64,000 nucleotides of DNA. It comes from an uncultured Acidobacteriota bacterium (GTDB taxonomy: Bacteria > Acidobacteriota > Thermoanaerobaculia > Gp7-AA8). Of the stretch, positions 11,727-19,795 are shown one piece after another (position 1 is the stretch's first letter; each line of letters begins with the position of its first letter). The stretch lies in NCBI GenBank assembly GCA_963741955.1, contig CAVUKB010000007.1, positions 608,001 to 672,000 on the forward strand. Direction: 5' to 3'. Below the pieces are notes generated by a model, which saw only the letters and a list, made by a program, of their open reading frames with translations, searched no databases and had not been told where the DNA came from. Position numbers and translations under genes: made by a program.

Positions 11727-12356
11727 ATGAGAAGACGATTGACAGGACGATTCGAAGTTTCAGTCGCTGGCCTGCTTCTTCTTGCAGCCGGGTGTGCGTC
11801 CAGCGGCGTGAACATGAAGGAGCCGATGCGGCTGGTCGGTACCGAGAACGGCGTGCGGATCGACGCCCAGATCACCGGCGATTCGATCGGCACGAACACC
11901 CCGATTCCGGTGACCTGGTCGCTCGCGAACTCCACCTCGGAACCGATCGCGGTGGCCGAGCTCGATCCGGTCACCAGTTACGATCGCGCAACGCAGACCG
12001 TGGTCATCGAGCTCGGCTCGGAAGTTCCGGGGAACGAGCTCGTGCCGCGCCTGGTCGCCATCGCTCCGGGAGAGAAGAAGGATTTCAGCGGCGCGGCACG
12101 AGTGACGGTGGTGATGCCTCTCGGTGCGGAACACTTCGCCTATCCCCGTTACGTCCGGATCAAAGTGAATTTTCTCCGGCAGATCGATCCGTTCACGAAA
12201 CTGATCGGAATCCCCGAGAGAGCCATCCACGATCCGCAGCTCGCCGACGAGTTGTTCAAGAGCTGGGTCGAGCACAACGACACCATCACCACGAACGAAG
12301 TGCCGATCATCTGGAAGGGTGGTCCGCCCAGTCGCAATCCGATTCCGCAGCCGTGA
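11727..12356 (+). CDS. Hypothetical lipoprotein (paralog 2)
   Basis: Start MRRRLTG (ATG 11727, GGAG upstream); lipobox LAAGC; shares NMKE..R.VGT.N.VR.DAQ and PRY.RI.VNFL with 10858-11502. Confidence 0.75.
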   Translation: MRRRLTGRFEVSVAGLLLLAAGCASSGVNMKEPMRLVGTENGVRIDAQITGDSIGTNTPIPVTWSLANSTSEPIAVAELDPVTSYDRATQTVVIELGSEVPGNELVPRLVAIAPGEKKDFSGAARVTVVMPLGAEHFAYPRYVRIKVNFLRQIDPFTKLIGIPERAIHDPQLADELFKSWVEHNDTITTNEVPIIWKGGPPSRNPIPQP

Positions 12357-12366
12357 TCCGAAGACG

Positions 12367-12392
12367 AAAAAAGGCGGCCCTGGGCCGCCTTT
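12367..12392. terminator. Bidirectional intrinsic terminator between convergent genes
   Basis: AAAAAAGGCGGCCC-T-GGGCCGCCTTT. Confidence 0.7.
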
Positions 12393-12411
12393 CGAATTCG
12401 ATGCGTTTCGA

Positions 12412-12747
12412 TCAGAAGCTCTGCACGGCCTTCTGCTCGTCTTCGTAGACCTCGAACACGGTAATCAGCTGCGTGACCTGGAGCAGGTCGCTGACCTTCC
12501 CCGGGAGGTGAAGGAGCTTGAGCTTTCCGCCTCGATTGGTGACGGTCGTGTAGGCGCCGACGAGCTCACCGATCCCGGAGGAGTCGATCGTCGTGACGCC
12601 GGACATGTCGAGAAGGATCCTGTTCTTGCCGTTCTTGAGCGCGTCCATGATCACGTCCCGAAGCTGGACGTCTCCCGCGCCGATCGTGATCTTTCCTTCG
12701 AGGTTGATGATCTCGACGTCGTTGACGGTTTTCGAAGTGGTTTTCAT
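12412..12747 (-). CDS. STAS-domain anti-sigma factor antagonist (RsbV/SpoIIAA-like)
   Basis: [19 protein letters not shown] phospho-Ser motif. Confidence 0.92.
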   Translation of the reverse strand: MKTTSKTVNDVEIINLEGKITIGAGDVQLRDVIMDALKNGKNRILLDMSGVTTIDSSGIGELVGAYTTVTNRGGKLKLLHLPGKVSDLLQVTQLITVFEVYEDEQKAVQSF

Positions 12748-12793
12748 CTCGTTCTCCTTACCCTTCCTTACGGCCGATGCCCGAGCCGCGATT

Positions 12794-13240
12794 CTATGAC
12801 TTGGTCAACTCGTTGCGGGTTACGAGCTTCTTGGTCATCAGAAGCTGCGTGCCTCTTCCAGGCTGAAATGAGTAGTCGATCCGGTCCATGAAAGTCTTCA
12901 TGTAGAAGATCCCCCGGCCGCTGGTCTTCATCAGATTGGCCGGGTTGAGAGGGTCACTGACGCTTCCCGGGTCGAATCCTTCGCCCTCGTCGCGGATCAC
13001 GATCGCGAGTTGACTCCCGCTGAGATCGAATGTCGCCTGAACCTTCTTCACCGGGTCGAGTTTGTTTCCGTGCTTGATCGCGTTGGCGACGCCCTCCCGG
13101 ACCGCCATTCCGATCCAGTGGCTGCCATCATCGTCGAGCCCTGCGGTCTCGCAGAGATGTTCGGCGATCGCCTGAACGAGCTCGATGTTCTCGAACCGGC
13201 TGCTGATGACGATCTCAATTCGTTCCGAGTCGCGGTTCAT
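12794..13240 (-). CDS. Anti-sigma factor Ser kinase (RsbW-like, HATPase_c_2)
   Basis: [37 protein letters not shown]; likely start MNRDSER at 13240. Confidence 0.9.
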   Translation of the reverse strand: MNRDSERIEIVISSRFENIELVQAIAEHLCETAGLDDDGSHWIGMAVREGVANAIKHGNKLDPVKKVQATFDLSGSQLAIVIRDEGEGFDPGSVSDPLNPANLMKTSGRGIFYMKTFMDRIDYSFQPGRGTQLLMTKKLVTRNELTKS

Positions 13241-13334
13241 TGCGAAAATTGACCGGCATTCTACGGGAAGCCACAGACCTCCAGCAAGCCGGGAGAGTGG
13301 AATGGCTCCGATCAGGGGCGACGTTGTCCAGCGC

Positions 13335-14513
13335 ATGCGCCGGCTCCTTTCAATTCTACTCCTGCTCGCCTTCATTCCGCCGCTGGGCGCCACCGCGGCT
13401 TCGCTCGATCCGGTGATGCGGAAGGTCGAAGCGATCCGTGAGCTCCGTTTCACCGGGCCGATTCGCACCGCGACCATCAAACGTTCCGAGCTCACTCCGT
13501 ATCTGCGGAAACAACTGGAGAAGGACCTTCCCGTCTCGCCGGACGAGTACGGCCGGATTCTCGAGTCCCTCCAGCTGATCGACCGCTCGTCGGGCGCGAT
13601 CGACAGCCTCCTCGATCTCTATCAGGCGCAGGTGCTCGCGTTCTACGATCCCCTTGCGCACGTCTTCTACTCGCTCGATGCGCCACCGCCGGGTGCGGAG
13701 GGGAGTGATCTGATGCAGGAGGCGATCGAGGTGCACGAGCTCACTCATGCACTCCAGGACCAGCATTTCGACGCCGGGAGGGTGATGGAGGGCCTCCGCG
13801 ACGACTGGGATGCGCAGATGGCCTATCAGAGCCTTCTCGAGGGTGAGGCGACCCTGGTGATGCTGGCGGACATGGCGAAACCGATGGGAGTCGAGCTCGA
13901 CGACGTCGTCGCCAACTCCGCGATGCTCGACACGATGGGAGCGATGTCGCAGGCCGGGATGGCCGGGGTGGATGCTCCGCGCTATTTCGTGCAGTCGCTG
14001 GCGTTCCCGTACCTTCAGGGACTTCGCTTCGTCAGTGAAGCCTACCGCCGCGGTGGATGGAAGGCGGTCGACGCGCTCTACGCGAATCCTCCCCGCTCGA
14101 CCGCGGAGATCATCCATCCGGAGCTCTACGGCCACGCGAAGGCGGGAGCGCCGGGAAAGCTCCTTCCTCCCTCGAAGAGCGCATCGCTGCTGGACACTCC
14201 CCTCGGCGAGTTTCACTGGAGATTCCTCCTGGGGGCGGACGCGGTTCGGGGATGGGAGGCCGACGAAGCCCGTGTCACGCGGGTGGGGCCGGATCTTTAC
14301 CGGGTCGAAACTGCGACGAGGTGGGATTCGCCGGAGGACGCGACTACGTTCGCCGATGCCCTTCGGAGCTTTCTGGGATCGCGCGGAGTGCACGCCGACG
14401 TTCGGGTCAGCGCAACCCGTGTCGCTGCGACGTGGGGTGCCGCGATCCGACCCGCGGCGACGTTCGGACCCGTTCGCCGCGTACCAACGCCACCGGCCGC
14501 TCCCCCGAACTGA
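13335..14513 (+). CDS. Secreted putative zinc metallopeptidase (HExxH)
   Basis: Signal peptide MRRLLSILLLLAFIPPLGATA; AFYDP, HELTHALQDQHF, LLEGEA, FPYLQG, PPRSTAEIIHPE. Confidence 0.7.
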   Translation: MRRLLSILLLLAFIPPLGATAASLDPVMRKVEAIRELRFTGPIRTATIKRSELTPYLRKQLEKDLPVSPDEYGRILESLQLIDRSSGAIDSLLDLYQAQVLAFYDPLAHVFYSLDAPPPGAEGSDLMQEAIEVHELTHALQDQHFDAGRVMEGLRDDWDAQMAYQSLLEGEATLVMLADMAKPMGVELDDVVANSAMLDTMGAMSQAGMAGVDAPRYFVQSLAFPYLQGLRFVSEAYRRGGWKAVDALYANPPRSTAEIIHPELYGHAKAGAPGKLLPPSKSASLLDTPLGEFHWRFLLGADAVRGWEADEARVTRVGPDLYRVETATRWDSPEDATTFADALRSFLGSRGVHADVRVSATRVAATWGAAIRPAATFGPVRRVPTPPAAPPN

Positions 14514-14519
14514 CCCGCG

Positions 14520-14804
14520 TCAGTTGGGCTGCTCTTCTTCTTCGCCGAGTACGTCCGACCGCGCCTCCTGACAGGCGAGCAGAACTTCCTGATAGAGATC
14601 GAAGGCTGCGGGCTGGGAGATCGCTTCTCCGCTCGCTTCGTTCAGGATCTCTGCGATCCTCGCCGCGTAGTACGACGGCGGCGGAAGGCGCTCGCCTTTC
14701 TCATGGATGTCGCGGAACCCTTCCGCCAGCTGCTGACGCAACCGTGCGCGAAGACGGCCGCTCTCGATCTCCTGTTCGAGATTTCCGTAGTCGAGCTCGA
14801 TCAT
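14520..14804 (-). CDS. Hypothetical helical protein (94 aa)
   Basis: MIELDYGNLEQEIESGRL...EEEEQPN; purine-rich RBS upstream; coding-like codon usage. Confidence 0.65.
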   Translation of the reverse strand: MIELDYGNLEQEIESGRLRARLRQQLAEGFRDIHEKGERLPPPSYYAARIAEILNEASGEAISQPAAFDLYQEVLLACQEARSDVLGEEEEQPN

Positions 14805-14940
14805 TTCTCTCTCCAGACTCCTCCTTCCGACACTAAACGAATTGCCGGACGAATGCCAGTGTCCGCGAACGGGTAGCTGCACGGCTCCGGGTACTCTCGA
14901 GTGCGACGCTGCGCCGGATGATCCGGGCTAAGATAGGGGC

Positions 14941-16017
14941 ATGAAGTCGAAGCTCAAGAGCCATCCTCCCCTCTCGTCATTCGCCACCACCGGCGGGTGA
15001 GCGTGCAAACTGGGTCAGGATGACCTGCATGCGGTGCTCGCGACTCTGCCTCACTTTTCCGGCGCCGACCTCCTGGTCGGACACGGGACTGCGGATGACG
15101 CGGCGGTGCTCAGGATCGACGGGACGCGTGCGATCGTACAGACGGTCGACTTCTTCACTCCGATCGTCGACGATCCCACGTTGTTCGGGGAAATTGCCGC
15201 GGCGAACTCGATCTCCGACATCTACGCCATGGGAGCGACTCCGATTCTCGGACTCGCGATTGCGGGGTTTCCGACCGAGGTGTTGCCACTGTCGATGCTG
15301 GAAGAAATTCTCCAGGGAGGCGTGAGGAAGGCGTCGGAGGCGGGCTTTCCAGTCGCCGGAGGTCACACCATCATCGACGACGTCCCGAAGTACGGGCTGG
15401 CGGTGACGGGGATGGTCGATCTCGCGCACATCGTCCGGAACTCGACCGCGCGGCCGGGGGATCTCCTCTACCTCACCAAGCCGATCGGCAACGGGATTCT
15501 GGTCTCCGCATTCCGTGCACTCACCGGTGGCGGATGGCGGCGCGCAGTCCGGAGAGACGATGCTCCCGATCTTTCGGAAGCGATCGGGTGGATGACCACT
15601 CTGAATCGCGATGGGGCGAAGGCGATGGTCGCAGCAGGTGCGAGCGCCGCGACGGACGTCACCGGATACGGCCTGATCGGGCACCTCCTGGAGATGTGCA
15701 ACGGCGCGGGGGTCGGCGCCCGGCTGGAGGCAGGAGCGGTCCCGGTTCTCTCCGGCGCGCGTGAGTATCTGGCCCGAGGGTACGTCCCGGAGGGGACGCT
15801 CCGGAACGAGAGGACATTTCGCCCTTCGGTCGATCTGAAGGCGGACGACGCGACCTTCCGGCTCCTCTGCGACGCGCAGACGAGCGGGGGGCTGCTGGTC
15901 ACCATCGATCCGGCGGGAAGCGAGACGTTCGAGCGGCTCTGCCGGGAAGACGGCGTGCTTTTTGCGAAGATCGGACTCATGAATGATCGTGCGGGGACGA
16001 TCGAGATCGCCGGTTGA
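14941..16017 (+). CDS. selD: Selenide, water dikinase; selenoprotein with UGA (Sec) at codon 20
   Basis: ATG 14941 is in frame with the 15034-16017 ORF through TGA at 14998-15000, giving TTGG-U-ACKLG (equivalent to E. coli CGCK); DDAAV, QTVDFFTPIVDDP, TDVTGYGLIGH, DAQTSGGLL. Confidence 0.93.
15001..15032 (+). promoter_or_regulatory. Bacterial SECIS-like hairpin immediately 3' of the UGA
   Basis: Lower stem GCGTGCA/TGCATGC, upper stem GGTCA-GGA-TGACC with a G-containing apical loop. Confidence 0.65.
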
Positions 16018-16060
16018 GCACAGCGGCTCCTCCGGGCGAGAACGAGAGAAAGGAGTTCCC

Positions 16061-16453
16061 ATGGGAGAGGATTCGGACAAAGACCGGAATCCGACCGTTG
16101 AATCCGACGAGCAGGATTACGAGTTTCAGGTCATCGAGGGTCGCGGCGGGCAATGGGTGGAGATCGCGTCCGTCGGGACTGGAGAAGAGGCGAAGCTGAT
16201 CTGCGGATTTCTCGAGGCCGAAGGGATCCGGGCCGAGATCGAATCGGTCAAGTTCAACATGGAGCCGGTGAATTTCGGACGAATGGGCGAGATCCGGGTT
16301 TACGTTCCCGCCGAAAGCGAGGAGGCCGCCGTCAATCTGCTCGACGAGAGGCAGACGGAATACGATCACCTCAAGAACGACGATTCGATCGTGACCGACG
16401 ACGGTCCCGCGAACATCGAAGACGGCTCGGAAACCGAAGACGAGGAGCGCTGA
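16061..16453 (+). CDS. DUF2007-like putative signal-transducing protein
   Basis: EEAKLICGFLEAEGI and GEIRVYVP..E..A..LL motifs; AAGGAG RBS. Confidence 0.75.
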   Translation: MGEDSDKDRNPTVESDEQDYEFQVIEGRGGQWVEIASVGTGEEAKLICGFLEAEGIRAEIESVKFNMEPVNFGRMGEIRVYVPAESEEAAVNLLDERQTEYDHLKNDDSIVTDDGPANIEDGSETEDEER

Positions 16454-17091
16454 TGCCGGAGGAGGAACCGGGGAGGAACGCGGGAGAGGACGACCACGGC
16501 GGGCTCGAAGAGGAGCCCGCAGGCGCGACACTTCCCCGCTGGGTGCCGGTGCTGATCGGGATCATCCTGGTGGCGATGGCCGGACTGGCGGTTTTCACCG
16601 GGTGGCGCTACCGCGGCTCCCGTGTCCGACCCCAGACCTTCGTCGACCTCGTCCACCCCTCTCCACGACCGGCCAAGGTGATCGAAGGAGGACCTCCGGG
16701 CGAGCCCGAACCTGGAGCTTCGAGAGTGGCGCACGGAGCCGCGGGCGCCGATACGCCGGTGGCCGGACCTCTCGATACCGCTCCCCGTTCGCGGGTGACG
16801 CTCGAGGGAGGCGGTGCGGCCGGGATTCTCCCGACCATCCGGATCTCCGCACGCCGTGGCATGGTTCTCGACGTCGAGCCGGCCGATGCACTGGTCTGGG
16901 TGAACGGCGGCCTGATCGGACCCGCGACCCAGTTTCACAAGCCTGACGAGAGCTACGATTTCCCCGAAGAGGGGAGCTACACGATCCGGATCACCGCCCC
17001 CGGATATCAGGACGTGGAGTATGCCGTGAACGTCAGCTCCGCCGCCCGGGAGGAAGTCGCGGAGATCTCGATCCAGCTGGAGAAGAAATAG
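16453..17091 (+). CDS. Single-pass membrane protein with C-terminal PEGA-like domain
   Basis: ATG overlaps upstream stop (TGATG); TM WVPVLIGIILVAMAGLAVFTGW; VEPADALVWVNG..IG and GSYTIRITAPGYQD. Confidence 0.7.
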   Translation: MPEEEPGRNAGEDDHGGLEEEPAGATLPRWVPVLIGIILVAMAGLAVFTGWRYRGSRVRPQTFVDLVHPSPRPAKVIEGGPPGEPEPGASRVAHGAAGADTPVAGPLDTAPRSRVTLEGGGAAGILPTIRISARRGMVLDVEPADALVWVNGGLIGPATQFHKPDESYDFPEEGSYTIRITAPGYQDVEYAVNVSSAAREEVAEISIQLEKK

Positions 17092-17092
17092 T

Positions 17093-17213
17093 GAAAGGCA
17101 TCGAGGATCGAAGATCGAGGATCTGGGATCTGGGGGGGACGAAAGGCATCGAGAATCGAGAATCGAAGATCGAAGATCTGGGGGACGAAAAGCATCGAGG
17201 ATCGAGGATCTGG
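17093..17213. repeat. Heptamer (GAGGATC/GAAGATC) tract with GAAAGGCATC heads
   Basis: Three blocks of GAAA(G/A)GCATC-GAG(G/A)ATC-GA(A/G)GATC...TGG. Confidence 0.8.
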
Positions 17214-17472
17214 AGCTTGACGGTCGCGGGGCCGCGGCCGGAGCGCATCTCTGAGGCGAGTTGTGACGTTTATTCTCGATAGAATTGCTGTCTACGTATA
17301 TTATTCTTATTGTGACGGAGTTTAGGGAATAATATTCTCAAATAGATCCGACTCGCAGAAGTTCTTGCTCCGCCGGGTCGCTTCGTCCTGACCATTCCGC
17401 TCCGGGATGTCGGAGTCCTCTGATCCTCTGATCCCCGAACCCCGGTCCGATCCACAACCACGATCCACGATC

Positions 17473-17503
17473 AAAGAAAGGCGGCCCGCAGGCCGCCTTT
17501 CTT
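17473..17503 (-). terminator. Intrinsic terminator (bidirectional)
   Basis: AAGAAAGGCGGCC-CGCA-GGCCGCCTTTCTT. Confidence 0.75.
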
Positions 17504-17529
17504 GCGTCTCGATCGGGCCGCTTTCTTCA

Positions 17530-19611
17530 TCAGGCGTGTTCTTCTTCGTGAGCCTTCTTCGCTTCGGCGATGATCTTCTCCTGCAGGTTCCGCGGGACTT
17601 CTTCGTAATGCGAGAACTCCATGTGGAACGAGCCGCGGCCCTGGGTGATGGAGCGGAGAGTCGAGCCATAAGTGAGCATCTCGGACATCGGAGCGACCGA
17701 GCGGATCACCTGGGTGTCCTCGCTGGCTTCGATCCCTTCCATCTTTCCCCGCCGGGAGGTCAGGTCTCCCATCAGGTCTCCGATGTACTCGGTCGGCGCG
17801 TAGACCTCCACGTGCATCATCGGCTCGAGGAGAGTCGGCCTGGCCTGCGACATGGCGTCTTTGAACGCGAGGGCTCCGGCGATCTTGAATGCGAGCTCCG
17901 AGGAGTCGACCGGGTGGAACTGGCCGTCGAGGAGCCGGACCCGGAAGTCGACCATCGGGTAGCCGGCGAGGTATCCCTGAACGCGCGCGTCCTGGATTCC
18001 CTTCTCGACGGCGGGAATGAACTGGCGGGGGATCGAGCCTCCGAAGATCTCGTCGACGAACTCGAAGTCGGCGCCGCGCTCGAGCGGCTCGACCTTGATC
18101 TTGCAGTCGGCGAACTGGCCATGTCCGCCGGTCTGCTTTTTGTGCCGTCCGTGGGCGTCCGCAGAGCGGGTGATGGTCTCGCGATAGGGGACCTTCGGCG
18201 GATGGAGGATCACGTCCACGCCGTACTTCTTCTTCATCCGGGCCACGACGACTTCGACGTGCAGCTGTCCCTGTCCGGAGAGGAGGAACTCCTTGGTCTG
18301 CTCTTCCCGGCCGAAACGGATACTCGGATCTTCTTCCATGATCCGGGTGATCACCGAGGAGATCTTCTCTTCGTCGCCTTTGGCGCGAGGCTCGATGGCG
18401 AAGGAGATCACCGGTTCGGGGTAGAAGATGTGCGTGAGGATGACCGGCTTTTCCTTCGCGGAGAGAGTGTCTCCGGTCGCGGAGTCCTTGAGCTTCGCAA
18501 CCGCTCCGATGTCGCCGGCGGCGAGGGTGTCGACGTGGCTCTGCTGCTTCCCCTGGAGGATCTGCAGCTTGCCGACCCTCTCCTCGTGTGACCGCGATGC
18601 GTTCCAGTAGCTGGTATCCGAGTGGAAGGTTCCGGAGAAGACTCGAAACACCGACACTCGACCGGCGAAGGGATCGGAGATGGTCTTGAAGATCAGGGCC
18701 GCCGGGGCGGAATCCGAGGAACGTTCGACCTGCACCTCGGCGCCTTCGGGCGACTTTGCCGCGAGGGGTGGGAGCTGGTCCGGAGCGGGAACCACCGAGA
18801 GGCAGAAGTCGAGGATCGCGTGGCCGCCGATGTCGTGTCCGGACGAATTGAAAAGGACCGGCACGATCTGGTGTGCCGCGAACTCACGCCGCAGCCCCTC
18901 GACCACCTCTTCCTCACTCAGCCCCCCCTTGTCGAAGAAGCGCTCCATGAGGCCCTCGTCACCCTCTGCGACCTTCTCGATCAGCTTCTCGTGCCATTCC
19001 GCCGCGACGTCCTTCATCTCCGCGGGGATCTCGGCGAGCTCGTATTTCCCATCCGAGTAGAGGTAGGCCTTCATCGCGATCAGGTCGACCACACCGCGGA
19101 AGTCTTTCTCTTCCCCGATCGGGATCTGGACCGGAACGACGTTGCGACCGAACTTGCTCTGCAGCGAATCGAGTGCGCGGTTCATGGAGGCCCGCTCGCG
19201 GTCCATCTTGTTGACCACGACCAGCCGGGGAAGGCCGAATTCTTCTGCGATCTTCCACACTTTTTCGGTGGTGACCTCCACTCCGGTGACGCCGCTGATC
19301 ACGATCGCGGCGGCGTCGACGACCCGGAGGGCGCTCTTGGTCTCCATCAGGAAAATGCCGAATCCAGGGGTGTCGAGCAGATTGACCTTGTGATCCTTCC
19401 ATTCTGCATAGGCGACGCCGAGCGAGATCGAGTGCTTTCGTTCTATTTCGTCGGGGTCGAAGTCGGTCACGGTGGTCCCGTCTTCCACCTTTCCGAGACG
19501 GGTCACGACGCCCGCATCGAACAGCAACTGCGAAACGAGAGTCGTTTTTCCGGTATCGTTGTGACCGACCACAGCGAGATTTCTAATTTCCTGGGAGGAA
19601 TAAGACTTCAT
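17530..19611 (-). CDS. fusA: Elongation factor G paralog (EF-G2-like)
   Basis: IRNLAVVGHNDTGKTT, DTPG, NKMD, KKQTGGHGQFA, FHPVDSSELAF, LRSITQGRG; divergent G1/G2 (HSIS instead of RGIT); not in the rpsL-rpsG operon; AGGAG RBS before ATG 19611. Confidence 0.88.
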   Translation of the reverse strand: MKSYSSQEIRNLAVVGHNDTGKTTLVSQLLFDAGVVTRLGKVEDGTTVTDFDPDEIERKHSISLGVAYAEWKDHKVNLLDTPGFGIFLMETKSALRVVDAAAIVISGVTGVEVTTEKVWKIAEEFGLPRLVVVNKMDRERASMNRALDSLQSKFGRNVVPVQIPIGEEKDFRGVVDLIAMKAYLYSDGKYELAEIPAEMKDVAAEWHEKLIEKVAEGDEGLMERFFDKGGLSEEEVVEGLRREFAAHQIVPVLFNSSGHDIGGHAILDFCLSVVPAPDQLPPLAAKSPEGAEVQVERSSDSAPAALIFKTISDPFAGRVSVFRVFSGTFHSDTSYWNASRSHEERVGKLQILQGKQQSHVDTLAAGDIGAVAKLKDSATGDTLSAKEKPVILTHIFYPEPVISFAIEPRAKGDEEKISSVITRIMEEDPSIRFGREEQTKEFLLSGQGQLHVEVVVARMKKKYGVDVILHPPKVPYRETITRSADAHGRHKKQTGGHGQFADCKIKVEPLERGADFEFVDEIFGGSIPRQFIPAVEKGIQDARVQGYLAGYPMVDFRVRLLDGQFHPVDSSELAFKIAGALAFKDAMSQARPTLLEPMMHVEVYAPTEYIGDLMGDLTSRRGKMEGIEASEDTQVIRSVAPMSEMLTYGSTLRSITQGRGSFHMEFSHYEEVPRNLQEKIIAEAKKAHEEEHA

Positions 19612-19738
19612 GGTATCTCCTGTTGGTGATGAAGTGATCGAACGACTCGGTCCATCATAAATTAAAATTGAAGCCGCTGGCGTTGCGCGTGATGATGCGC
19701 ACACGCCGTCGTGGTGAGGTTTTCGGGAGAAGGTCGGG

Positions 19739-19747
19739 AGTATAGCA
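19739..19747 (-). promoter_or_regulatory. Extended -10 promoter element for the EF-G paralog
   Basis: Minus strand TG-C-TATACT about 130 nt upstream of the start. Confidence 0.5.
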
Positions 19748-19795
19748 TCGGTGCCCGGCTGAGCTGGTGCGGTTGCAGAACGGAGAAAAGGACCC

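Noticed and set aside
15034-16017. selD as a truncated gene or pseudogene starting at GTG 15034
   Set aside because: The in-frame upstream ATG, the UGA at the catalytic Cys column and the downstream hairpin favour selenocysteine recoding.
17007-17282. Short ORFs over heptamer tracts (also 52016-52939, 60712-61398)
   Set aside because: The translations are low-complexity products of the repeats (ILDPRSS, RRETR) with no coding signals.
17284-17311. dif site
   Set aside because: CGTATA-TTATTCTTATT only loosely resembles the spacer plus XerD arm, and the XerC arm does not match.
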